Shown in pieces: positions 24,536 through 37,039 of a DNA stretch of 64,000 nt. The position numbers and the translations under genes are program-made. Location of the stretch: assembly GCA_012026655.1 (NCBI GenBank), contig JAAILG010001296.1, forward strand, positions 1 to 64,000, written 5' to 3'. Under the pieces are notes generated by a model. It saw only the letters and a program-made list of their open reading frames with translations. It did not search any database and was not told the origin of the DNA. This DNA comes from Hydrolagus affinis (lineage: Eukaryota). Every line of letters starts with the position of its first letter. The stretch's first letter is position 1.

Positions 24536-27523
24536 GAACTGTGTTAAATTTGCTAGCCTCAGTGGTCTATAAATGGGGAAATCCCATATTAGAAATGCAC
24601 AAATAACAAACAGAATTTCAGCGCAGTGTTGAAATGGCTGGAAAGGTTTGATTCTTCATTTAATTAATGTTCACCCAAACAAATACATGGAACTTTCACT
24701 TCTAAATGTTATTTCTGTAAGCAGCCATTGCAAAGATTAAATTTACCCTAAATAAAACTCAAACAGTTAGTGCCTGGCAAGTGATAGGGATAATGATTTG
24801 TTAACAAGGGCATATAGTAAATATCAGCATGAGTACTGCCCTCAAGTCAATGAAGTAACCATTAATGTCAGTATTGATGGGTTATGACATGTGCATCCTT
24901 TTAGCCATTCTGTATTTGTGAGTCCTGGTATTGAGCTGACTGCACAAGATAATGAAGTGCAATAATATGTTTGATAACATGACCCCCCAAGAGCATTTGT
25001 TTTTACTTTCATAAGCATATGAGCCAAATTTGCTACTCACATGTATCTGTGAGTAGCAACAGAGTCATTTTACTCCTAATAGTAACCCAGACTGCATGAA
25101 TAACAGGTAAACTCCAACATGGGTCTTAAACCTTTGTAGTCTGTACTATCCTGTGTCACACTATACACTCAATCAACCATTTCATTGAATTATTTCCAAA
25201 TCATAGGCCATTAACATCAAGTGGTTCAAATTCATGTGAGGATTCTCAATAACCTCCAAATACCATTGTATGTTGGATTGGGAGACAATTGGCATTATTA
25301 CGAATTCTCTGTACAATTTCAGATAAACATAAATCAGCAAGAACGTATCTTCTTCTTTTCTTTATGATTTAATGTTGAATGTTATTTTTGTTTGGTGGGG
25401 TATGAGATCTGCAATATATTTCCATTGGAATAATAATAATATTTGCATTTTTATAGCGCCTTATCAAGTCTCTGATACAACTCAAAGAGCTTCAGAATAT
25501 AGTGTAAAGTGAATTGACTGTATATTTTGTGGAAGTACTGAAAATGCTACGAACGGATAAAATATGAGGCTGTTACAGAAGATAGAGTTACATTTGTATC
25601 GCTTCGTGAGAAATGAATTGCTGTTGTTCTTCATTCAGAAGCTCTGTGTAATGTGGCACATCAAATTAGTTGTGCTGCAGATGCCTTTTCTGTAGTAAGA
25701 CTGGATGAGGCACTGGTAGCTAGTGATAATGACTGTGGAAACATACCATTGCATGATTCAGCCCCTTCAAAAAAAGAAAGTGGGGAGGAAAGAAAGAATG
25801 TTGGATAGAAATGCTAATGAGGAAATTGCAGCACAAAGCAGAAAGAAACACTGACCAGAATATAGTTGAAACAAAGCCAGTAGTTTTCACATCACAAAGA
25901 ACGTAACAAAATGATTTGTAAATGGTTTAGGACGGCAGGAACCAGTTTGGAACACATGACAGAAGGATGGAGGATGGTGTGGTACAGTATGTGATAGTAT
26001 GTGAATCACATTCAATGTTGGATTTCCCCCATACCTGTACTTCCTTTCTTCAGAGAGTTTTGATATATGTGAGGAATTGGGTTTATAAAAGTATAAGAAT
26101 TTGCTATGCAAAAGAAGACCAGGTCGATCCAGTTCGCCATCCAGTTTGCCTTCCACCATCCTGGCAGTGTTTGACATGGAGTGTTCCCAAACTACAGCTG
26201 TATACAGAGATTATTTGTTTTTCTAGCAGAAATCTATCTAATTTGTTCTTGAAACAAACAGCACTTTTTGCTTCCACCATCTCCCTAGGGAGCCTATTGT
26301 ATAAGTTTTCTACCCGCTCACATAATTCGATAATATTCCATAAGGTAATATCTCAAATAACGCAGGTAGATACCATAGCAACCGCATGCTCACTCTACAA
26401 AATTCAAACTACTGAGATGTAGGCTTTACTCTCTCTGCATTGCGCTATTTATATAAATGCACCATACCCTGCTGGTTTAATGGCAGGACTGTATGAGCAG
26501 TGAAAGTAACATTTCAAGGCAGTTAATGCATTTTGATCTTATTATCAACAGTTCTTCTGCAATCACAAAGGCATCAGCAATTATAAGGAATGATGATAAT
26601 TGGCAGGCACTGTTTTATTAAACCTTGGTTACTGTTAATCATTCCATGAAATAGGAATTTTGCATTAGAATATTTATTCAGGGTAACTAATCATCTTGAG
26701 TGTTTATAAGTCTCACAAGTCTAGTATTGTAGTGCCAACATCATTGCTTGTATTAAATTACCAGGCATTTAGAGTCAGTGAGCATAGGGAATTGTTGTGA
26801 TTTCATTAAATTGTAGGGTATCTCAATGGTTCTTTGATGAGAACATTTTGCTTTTGTCTAGAACGTCTGATTGTGTAATTTTTTAAAATTACCATTTTTT
26901 AATGCATCATAGTATTTTTCTCTTCAATTTTCTTTCCTCCTTAGCTGAAGGATCTCAGCTGAGATGTTAGTCAGTTGCCTAAATGTCCTTGAGCTGGGGG
27001 GAGAGGGTAAAATCAGACAGAGTTTCTACTAACCCATCTTTGTGGTACTCGTATGGACCTGAAACACAGATAGTGTCAGGTGCCATCCTTTAGTTTTTTG
27101 ATGGATGAAGGTCAAAATATTTAGTAGTTTACACTCTAGATTTACACCTCGGAATGACAATGGACAGCCGTTAGCACTTGTGTATCTATTTCCTAATATT
27201 TGTCATTGTAGTATGGAAAGGAAGCTGAAAGAAACATTGAGTGAAAGAAAAAGAATAGTGTGTCATTGGGGTCATCAGCACAGTTTCCCATGTCAGTGAA
27301 AACTCTATTGGCATATGGTTAATAGTTCCATTTAAATAATCTGGAATAAATTTAGTATTCACCAGTTTCCACAGTGATAAATGATTACCTCCATTTATTA
27401 TAAATAAATGAGTGTCACAATATGGTCAAACAAATTGAAAAATGATCTGAACATATTCTGTAATTAACAGCAAAGAAGACATCTTCACTGCCGATTTAAA
27501 TTCCAGGCCATCTCTATATTTAC

Positions 27524-28390
27524 AACAACAACAAAATTACACTTGAGGACCAGGATCTTGAGTTGGATCCTCTGGATGATGGGGAGCCAGGAGTCAGGCA
27601 AGGATGGTGAAAATGGGGTCATGGAGTTTGAAACAGTAGAGGACACAGGCCGCAAAGTTCTCGATCATCTGAAACCTGTGGAGGGAGGAATTGGGAAGGC
27701 CGACAAGCAGGGCATTTGCATAGTCGAGCCGGGTTGTAATGAAGGCATGAATGAGGGTTTCAGCAGCTTTGGGGGTGAGGTAGTGGCAGATTCAGGAAAT
27801 ATTGCGGAGATGAGAAAAGGCAGAGCGAATCATTGCTTAGATATGGGGGAGGAAAGACAGTTGAGGGTTGAACAAGAACTAAGTTCTTGACTGGTTGGTG
27901 AGGTCGAGGGAGCAACCATGGATGTTGATGCTGCCAGCGCCTGATGTGTGAACGTGCTGGTGCGAGCCAATCAAGACGGCCTCAGTATTGTTGACATTCA
28001 ACTGAAGAAAGTTAGCTCTCATCCATGACTTGATGTCTGACAGACAATCTGTTTAGGCAACATTGATCATGGAATCGAGGGTAGAGGCAGAAAGATATAG
28101 TTGGGTGTCATTTGCATACATGTGGAAGTTGACTCCATATCTGTGGATGATGTCACCAAGGGTGGGAGCACATCGATATTGAAAAGTAGTGGCCAAGGAC
28201 AGAATCCTAAGGGCTGACAGTACAGGGACTGGAGGAGAAGCCGTTGGTGGCAACAAAGTGGAAATGGTGAGAGAGGTAAGAGTCAAACCAGGCAAGAGCT
28301 GAGATTGAGCTGAGAGAGGTGATGTAAGAGGATGAAGTGGTTGACAGTGTCGAAGGCAGCAGAGAAGTCAAGGAGGACATGTAGCCAGAG
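27524..28390 (-). mobile_element. L2-like LINE fragment containing a degraded reverse transcriptase
   Basis: The minus strand has LGDIIHRYGVNFHMYANDTQLYLS (YADD-type motif), a CTTGACTTCTCTGCTGCCTTCGACACTGTC (LDFSAAFDTV) block, and a tail next to (CAA)n. Confidence 0.85.
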
Positions 28391-28919
28391 AGTGCCCTCT
28401 GTTTTCAACAGCATAAATAATGGCATTGTTATTCCAGACAGACTTGGTAATATTCAAAATATTTGCACCAGGGTTGGAATTATTCATTAGAATGGAGCCG
28501 AGCATAAACTAAAATGATTTTTGTTACCAGTGGTGCTGTACTCCCTTTCCCACAGAATACATTGTTTCATAGGCCAAGGCAATCAATGTATTTTATTTTG
28601 TACCCTGAGGTAAGACTGGTGTCCCATCTGACACTTCACTTGAAAGTTGCAACTTCAGATTAGTTATGAATTTGCTGTTGGCTTACAGTAAAATGAATTG
28701 GTATGTGTTGCAGTGCTATTTATTAAAAATTATTGAACCTTCCCTAGAAAAAAAAGAGATCTGCATTGTTGAAGTCAGCTATAAATCAATGGATTTTTCA
28801 CCAGACTGGTGAAACGAGCTGTCAGAAATGGAAACACAGCGTACGCCCTGCGTGGTCAGCTCAAAAACACTTGCGCATTAACTGAACCATGGCTGAGAGG
28901 GTCAACATTATGGCCAAGC

Positions 28920-29342
28920 TTAATTGGGCCTTATTTTCAAAGCCCTCCACGGCCTTGCTCTCCCTACCTATGTGGCCTGTTAACCTCTATATTGACCTGT
29001 CAATCTCTCCACTCAGCGGGATATGAACTGCTGCCTGTCCACCTTCACAGTCTGCCCCAACATCAGTCTGCCCCAACATTTAGCCTTTCTCTCTCCCGTA
29101 TTTGGAACTCCATTCCGTAGTTCCTTTTCTTCACTCACTCCCTTGCTTCCTTCAGGGCACATCTCAAGACCATTCTCTTCAACTCAACCTTCGATTACCC
29201 TCCTACCCCTACCCTTCCTGCCCTCCACCCATTCTGATCCCAACCCCCTGCTCGGGTCCGAATCCCTGACTGACCAGCACCTTGGGACTTCTTCCCGACA
29301 TGAAAGGCACTGTGTAAATGTAATTTCTTATTGTTACTGTTG
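28920..29342 (+). mobile_element. L2-like LINE 3' end
   Basis: ...KALHGLALPYL..., RIWNSIP and tail CAGCACCTTGGGAC...GAAAGGCACTGTGTAAATGTAATT. Confidence 0.7.
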
Positions 29343-32300
29343 GTAATTCAGATCTTCCTTCTCCTCAGAAGTGAATGTAGTTTTTGTTGTATTCATCTGC
29401 CTCTGAAGTGTTGGAAACTCATCACTTGTCAGTCTCCAAGTATGAGTGACAGTCATGATCAAGCATCAAACCTTTCTCTTGGCTTTGGACAAAAAGAATA
29501 TTTCCCTGATAGGATCTGACTGCCTATTTTTTTCTAGAATTGATGTCTGAATACACTAACCTACATTTTCAGCATTTTGAATGTAGGTGACATGATAATG
29601 GTAAATAAACACACATTGAAGGCAGACACCTCAAATCTTTATTTAGAATCATGGTATGATACAAAAAGTAAGGATTTTTGCTTTTTGAATGACCTATATG
29701 ACAACGAATTTGACTACACAAATAATAATATTTGTACATGCTATTTGACAATAGATTGCTACTTGCAACAGAAGTGAATTTTTTCCTGATCAAAGATTAT
29801 TATTGTTTGCAGTGAAGATGCATTCTTATAAATGTGGAGCTAGTGTGAAAAACCTTCACAGCAGTATGCGTGTCACTTGCAAGTTGCTGCTAATTTGTGA
29901 CAGTGTTCTAAAGTTAGCCTGAAATGGATTAAGACTGTTTAAATCCAGTTTTCATGTAGAACCTCTACAGCAGTAAATGATTGTGTTGAGTGAGTTTTTT
30001 TCCCTCCACAGTGGACAATTACACTGAAGAAGGATACAACTAATTGCTGTAATTACACTTCATGGATAATTAACATTTAAATTAAAATCCGACTATATTT
30101 GGAGAAAAAATATTCATGTGGTTATGGTTGTTTTTCTCGCTTCACTGAATACCACCGTGTCTTACTATATATGGATAATATTAATTCAGTTGAAAGTACT
30201 AATGTGAACCACATACATATTTCATAAATAACATCATCAATTATGAATAATCATATTCAGAAAAATTTCAAAGTTTAAAATGTGTACATGATTTGAAAAT
30301 ATATTTGAAAGATCTGCTTTGTACATATAATGATTTAGTGTCGGTTATTTTAAAACCCCCTCTTTAACGATTAATTCTGGTTTCTCATAGGAGCTATGAG
30401 AGAATTGTTCCTCAATAAAGGATTAAAAGATGAAATACCTCCAACCGAGTTCAGCAAACTGTAGCAGAGATTTAGTATTTGACAAAATTAACAAATATTA
30501 ATCAAGCAGGAAAATGACTGCTTATCTAAGGGAGGGCTTAATTTAATTTAGATTGATGCCCATTTTGTAGAATTCTTTATTTGTTATGTTGTATGGCACG
30601 CTGTACCTGCTTAGAATATGACTCAATATTCATTTGAACAACTGTGAACAGAACTGAGCTAATTATGCCAGTATGTACTGTATTTCCTTTCAGGGTGCTA
30701 TCTCAATCACTCTCAGCTCTGTTTCCAAACACCCTTGGGGAACTCAAGTCTTGAATTCATTTCAGATTCATAGAGAAAAATATGTTTCATAGATATAATC
30801 AGAGAAGTTATAGCACTTACTGTACCCATTGTGCCCATTGAGCCCTTGCCAGTGCTCAAGCTTTCTGATCTTTTGATGGGAAGTAAAGAAAAACACGTCA
30901 AAAAAAGTAATGATTTTATGAATTTTCACAAGCATTTCAACCTGAGCAAAGCATCACTGAATTGGTAATCAGTTGTCTGAATGCAAATCTTCCTCCTTTA
31001 GGCAGTGAGCAGGGGGCGTGTGACATATGGTAGAGAGTGGTAATGTCATTTTTTTTTGCCTTTTGATTCTATCTCCCTGGAACATTCTGTCCGTTTAAAG
31101 TTAGCAAAATGATATTGTGACTTTTAGTTCTCTACCCAAACTGATTTCATCTTGGCTGCTCTACTTGTGACACTCAAAGAGCAGGATGAGTGTTTTTTGT
31201 TGACATCAGACTGACTTGAAAATCTGACCGACAAGCAGGGCTTGTGGCAATGGATGAGTGGCTTGTGGGTCACAGCCATCATGGCGGGCAATTGGCCGAC
31301 ACCATCTTCCAGTGTGAAAAATGCTGAACAATAAATTACATTTGTACATTGCCTTTCACACCAGGATGATGTCCCGAGGTGCTGTCAACTGCCATAGTTA
31401 AATACCTGGGATGAGAGAGGTGGATAGAGAATTCCTCCTGCAACACCCACATGAAGTCTATTCCATATCCTTAAATATGGAATGAATTGTCCTCAGTATT
31501 GCTAAAATGACTCCCAAGCTTTATGGGAGAGAACATTGGAATGCAGGAACAAGAATAGCCATTCACTCCCTTATTCTTTTTCCGCCATTTCTAAAGGATC
31601 ATGGCTGAATTTGAGTCAGGACGATAGGAAGGAAAACAGTTTAGATATAATTAGTTTGTAGTGCATGGTGACTGTGTGTAAGGGACCTATGGAGGCAAAT
31701 TGTTTAAAATAAAGGTGGATTTGGATAGCTATTTAGAGGAGTGAGAGGTGTGAGGAAAAGAGGGTTGGTGTGATTTACTATTGTTCTGGACTGGCCTGAT
31801 GGGTTGGATTGTGTGGGTTGAGATATCTAAGATCTAGGTAAGAAATTGGATAGTTAAGGAAATGCAGCCTTATATTGTGTCGTGCCTTCAGGAGAGGAGA
31901 AATTAGGGGTGAAGAAGTAGCTTTAATAATGCACTGTCTTTGAGAATCATATAAAACAACATCTTTATAGAGAGAAATTCAAACAAGTTATGTCAGGTGC
32001 ATTACTCATCATTCCAAATGGTCACTAAGTTATGCAGTTCCAAATCAGCCAGTGATTAATTTTCCATTAAGCCGCCAAGTATCATTGCATCTGTTATTCA
32101 TCCACTCCTTTAGATTGTAAAGTACATTTGCGCAATGTAGAATACAGTAAGATATATTATTCTTGGTGAGGTGCCTTGCTATTAAGGCAGATTACTTTTC
32201 AGTGCTGTTTTTGTGGCTAACACTTAGCTGCTTGCTACTTGTGTGTTGCTATGGTGATGGGGAAAAAGACTTGTGCAGTTGGAAAGAATACTTACACTGT

Positions 32301-32356
32301 GTGCCGTGTGGGAAACCAAAATGCTGTCTGTCTTCTGTATTGCTGTGTTAATAAGT

Positions 32357-32703
32357 GGATTTCTGTAGTGTAGTGGTTAGTATTCTCTCCTCGCAAGCGA
32401 GAGACCTGGGCATGATTTCCAGACAGAGCGTAACCTTTAGGCAAGTTTCTTTAGTCTACTCACCTCTGCTTACCTAGAAGTAAGTTGCAACCTGGTTGTC
32501 AGTGAACTAGTGGATTGCTTTCCGAGTGTCTTAATCCTTTTTTTAAAAAAATAATTTGGTCACTCAATCCACAACTCTTTGCTGTTGCTGTGTTTTGCCC
32601 ACAAAGTCCACAGTCGATCCACTTTGCAATATATCCTATGAAGTACTTTGAGACGTCTCAACAACGTGATAAGATGCTCTATCAAATGCAAGAATTATTG
32701 TTA
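32357..32703 (+). mobile_element. tRNA(Val-like)-headed SINE with a different middle segment and the shared tail
   Basis: Head TTTCTGTAGTGTAGTGGTTAG resembles the 5' end of tRNA-Val, with a decayed B box. The 3' half and tail (CTATCAAATGCAAGAATTATT) match the SINEs at 5.0-5.9 kb. Confidence 0.65.
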
Positions 32704-33272
32704 TAAACTGCTATCATACTACAGTAACTAATAATCTTAGCAAAGTGCCACAAGAATCATGTTCAACAAACATCATCTTAATGTTCTGACCTACCCTTAA
32801 TCAAAAGTTCATTTAAAGGAAATGTCTAGAGTGGTCTTCAGTTATAGTATCACATGTTGTAATTTTGACCACACTATAATTTGTTTTCTATGTACAGTGA
32901 ATGTGTTGGTATAATTTCTCAGTAATTTAGATGTATAAATATTTGCATCCTCCTGCTTCTGTTGCAGTGATATTTATGTAAATTGTAGACTTAACCAATT
33001 GTAATGCACAAAAAATGCCATTACCTAATCAGTGTCAGTTACTGTGTAAGTATATCACATCACACACAATGAACAATGTATATGGACAGTATACCTAAGG
33101 CACTCAGCCCCAATTTAATCAACCAGTTTTGAATACTTTTCACTTTATTAACCAGATTGAGCCTGTATCTGTCCAAGTGTAGGGTTGATTAAAGTATACC
33201 CGAAGGCATGAACCTACAGTGAATCATTTTGAACTGCAGCAGTTTTAAGATAACAGAACATATATTTGATAT

Positions 33273-33507
33273 AAAAACAAAAGTTGCTGGGGAAACTCAG
33301 CAGATGAAGCAGCATCCATAGAGAAAGGAAAAAGAGTCAATGTTTTGGGTCTACAACCCTTCGTCAGACGGTTCTGATGAAGGGTTGTAGACCTGAAACA
33401 TTGACTCTTTTTCCTTTCTCCATGGATGCTGCTTGACCTGCTGAGTTTCCCCAGCAACTTTTGTTTTTGTTTCAGATTCCCAGCATCTGTAGAATTTTTT
33501 GTTTTGT
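33273..33507. mobile_element. Penelope-like palindromic element with hammerhead-like cores
   Basis: About 95-bp inverted arms (33273-33367 and 33374-33468) with few mismatches. CTGATGA...GAAAC core at 33374-33399. Confidence 0.7.
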
Positions 33508-34221
33508 TCATATATTTTATATATTCTTGATATTATGAAATGAATTGTGGGCCAAGCACTGTAGATAGCAGTGGCTCCACAAGTAGTCATGGTAATCCTC
33601 TCTGTAAATACTGTATTTAGTTTGATGAAAAGGTCATTTTAATCTGAGTTCACATTGTTTGACTTTGAACATCACAGATAAAGTTATAGTAAAGTTAAAG
33701 GGTTAAAAAGCTGACAGGGTAAATTGAATGTACCTAAAGTAACAAGTGTCTACTTAGTGGAATTGTCACCTTGAAATGAGACATTTCATTTTAAATCAAT
33801 ATAAATCATGTAACACAAGTTTGGAGGTGTTTGGGTGGAATGATGAATTATTGAGTTATAAACAGATTCCACAGCAATGGTAAGTGGTGATGGGGAGAAA
33901 CATAATTATTATCAAAGAAAATAAAAGATAAGCATTGGATTTAAAAAAATACATATTTTGTGAAATGCACTCGGTCCATTTAAATAAATAAATATTTGAA
34001 CACATCCATTTGTGTATACATTGAACTTTTCCTAAAATAGTAAACTTCCTGCACTCTTCTCAGTTCAACTCACTTGTTTTTAATCTTTTCTGTTTATTTA
34101 TTTTCCCATCTACTTTTAACTTTCTCAATATTGCCTTTAAATCTGATTTCCAATGGATTGCTTCACTTTGTATTATTATTTGCAATTAGTATTATTTGCT
34201 CTCTATACCATTGACTAAATA

Positions 34222-34730
34222 CGACAACAAAATTACATTTGTGTAGAGCATTTCATGTCGGAAGGACGTCCCAAGGTGCCAGACAGTCAGTATTTCAGAC
34301 ACGAGCTGGGGTCTGCATTGGGGAGGTTGGAGTGAAACAAGATGATTTGGGGTGACCGATGGGACCGTCGAAGAGGATTTTTTGAGGCGGGACTTGAACG
34401 AGACTAGGGAGGCGGTGAGGCAGAGGGAGTGCAGGATGAAATTCCAGAGGTTGCAGGCAAAAGGACTGAAGGCTCGCCCGCTGATGGTGAGGCGGGTGGG
34501 TCAGAGCACATGGCGCAGGTTGGAGCCTTATGAGCAGAGTGAAGGGAACAGGCAGTTTGGTAGGGGTTTAGGAGGTCACAAAGGTAAGTTGGGGTGAGGC
34601 CGTAGAAGACTTCGAAGGCAAGGACCAGGATCTTGAATTGATTTCTCTGGATGATGGGAAGCCAATGGAGTTGGGTGAAAATGGGGGAGATGGGGTCGCG
34701 GAGCTTGGAGTGGTAGAGGACACGGGCTGT
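34222..34730 (-). mobile_element. L2-like LINE 3' fragment
   Basis: ORF 34404-34793(-) contains ARVLYHSKLRDPISPIFTQLHWLPIIQRNQFKILVLAFEVFYGLTPTYL, with an L2-type tail near 34222. Confidence 0.8.
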
Positions 34731-34871
34731 CTTTGTTTTTGTACTGTTGTTCTTTAATCTTTTTCTCTCTCCTACTTTTCCTATACCATTCAATCATTTT
34801 CTGCCTTGCCTTCATTTCCCAAAACAATCTTAATAATAATTTTAAAAATTCTTTTATAAATGAAATATACT

Positions 34872-35030
34872 TAATAATAATACTTGCATTTTGTATAGTA
34901 ACTTATCATATCTTTGAAATGTTATAAGTGCTTCACAGAATATACTGTAAACTGAATTGACTGTATATTTTGTGGGCAAAACATGGCTGGTAATTGCGCC
35001 CAGCAATGTCCCACAAACAGTCGTGGATTT
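34872..35030 (-). mobile_element. Deu-type SINE 3' half
   Basis: Near copy of 5014-5190 (GCTTCACAGAATATACTGTAAA..GAATTGACTGTATA..AATTGCGC..CAGTCGTGGATT). Shorter copies lie near 25431, 37325, 40445, 42415(+), 43985, 46845 and 51765. Confidence 0.75.
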
Positions 35031-35479
35031 AATTTGATTTTTTTTTTACTCTTAACTTTTTCTGTCAGACCTGTTGCACATAATCTATTAAAATAGGGAG
35101 CTGCACAATGTTTTGGAAGAAAAATATCTGAATGAAATTACTTCCATTTTCAGAATAGATTACATTTAATTCATCTTAAATTGATGTGAGCTGGATTTCA
35201 TCTTCCTGGAAATTTATTCACCACCTTCTCATCAGCCACTACATTTGTCAGATAGCATCAAGTTACTGACTAATGAATATATTGTGTAGTTAATGGGCCA
35301 GAAATTCAGGAGAGATTTGAATCAGATTGTATAAACAAACCTAGTTTGAATCAATTTGCTATACAGGTGGTGTAAACAGCCCATGAATTTTAAAGTTGGT
35401 GCATGCATTATTTTGGAATAAAATTCTGCTAATTTGAAACAGGTAGAAATTGCGAACAAATTGCAATGAAAAGCTAAGG

Positions 35480-35745
35480 CATAATATAGGAATAAGAGGA
35501 GGTCATTCAGCCCCTCAAGCCTATTCCGCCGTTCTATTAGATCATGGTTGATCTGATCTGTACCTCAAAATATCCGCCTTTGCCCCATATCCTTTGACAC
35601 CATGACCTAATAAAAATCAGAAATTTTGAATGGATCCAACATCCACAGTCTTTTGGGAGAGAGAGTTCCAGATTTCCACTATCCTTTGTGCGAATAATTG
35701 CTTCCTGATTTCACTTCTAAATGGTCTAGCTCTAATTTTAAACAG
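35480..35745 (-). mobile_element. CR1-like LINE 3' end
   Basis: The minus strand reads KIRARPFRSEIRKQLFAQRIVEIWNSLSQKTVDVGS, typical of the CR1 ORF2 C-terminus, followed by a CR1-type 3' UTR. Confidence 0.75.
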
Positions 35746-37033
35746 GGTGTTACAGCTGTTGATCTCACTGTGTGAGTGGAAGTTGAACACAAAACAGTAG
35801 AAAAATATCACACAGTCCTTGACACCTCCCAACTGAGAGATGGGATGTTTTTGGAGATCATAGAGGAGCTCCGCACGGCAGCAGTCAATCTGCATTCATA
35901 TATCACGCAAACCAATTCTCGAGTGGGAAATATGTTTATGGATTGATTGTGTAATATAAGCTGTGTGTGCGTCAGTTAGTGATTTTTTCATTTCATTGAT
36001 TGACCTCAGGAACCAGATAGAAGAGCATAACCTACAAACAGACACAGTCACTATACTTTACAGAAAATCCTGTAAAGCACTTTGAGACATCCTCCCAATG
36101 TGAGATAAATTGACGGATGCAAAGATGTACATTGTTCAGATGTAAAATGGATTAAATTAGAAATAATATGAGGGTGAAAAGTTATTGTGGCCAGGAAACT
36201 CAATACACTTCTTCAAGAAACAAATGGAACTGGTTATGCTTTCCTTGCAAGTAGGATTATTTTTAGTTTGCCATTGTTCTCAATTACATTATATGTAAGG
36301 ACAGATAGCCAAGGAATAAGTCGGCAGCTACCTGGTAAACAATGCACATTGACACCAGGTATGAATCATCACCACTAAATGAGTTGCAGGATGACTCACG
36401 GTTTTATCCTGGTAAACTCTATAATATTATTACCAGAGGTGAAGGGAATACAATAAATTCATGACACACAGCCTTTGGTTACAAAATAGATTACTTTTAT
36501 GAAAGCATTTATCACTGGTGCATTTATCGCTGGTCTTGATTAAGAAATGCTTTTTTTTTAAAGGTCCAGTCTGCCTGTTCAGTTGGATTTGAAAGAGAAT
36601 GGAGATAGATCCTCCTCATGTTGCTGAGCAACAATTCACACAGATTTTTTAAAAATTAATGGCTGAACTTCATGGCTGTTTTCCAGGCATATCTCCTGGT
36701 TTCAGATACCATCACAGGGGTAGTGGAGGTCACAAGACATTTCTCATAGTGTTTCTAACAATCAGTGAATGTCTTAATGTGATCACAATACTTACACAAA
36801 GGCATCATGTCGAAGTTGGTGCACTGTGTGGTATTTGACACAAGTGGTCTCCAGAAGACTCTAGTAACTGCATAAAATAAGCGGAGGATTGAAACCTGGC
36901 AGTATCCATTTCAAATCTGCGAAAATATAATGTATAAGTGGAATTAACAGACACTTGTACTTGCCAGTCTCACACTAGTGCCAAAATATCACTAAGCCAA
37001 CTTTACAAAGCCCTACTTTATTTCATGTTTCAG

Positions 37034-37039
37034 TTGCAA
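37034..37039 (+). other. Candidate 6-nt alternative microexon (TTGCAA) of the constant region
   Basis: ctactttatttcatgtttcAG|TTGCAA|GTGAGT: polypyrimidine tract, CAG and a consensus intronic donor. Phase 1-1 and frame preserving. Branch-like CACTAAG lies about 40 nt upstream. No transcript evidence. Confidence 0.5.

Noticed and set aside
31006-31020. Isolated CTCF-like words TGAGCAGGGGGCGTG (31006), CCTCTAGGTGGAG (14541) and reverse TGCGCCATATGTTGG (61019)
   Set aside because: Each has mismatches at important positions and no upstream module. Such matches are expected by chance in 64 kb.
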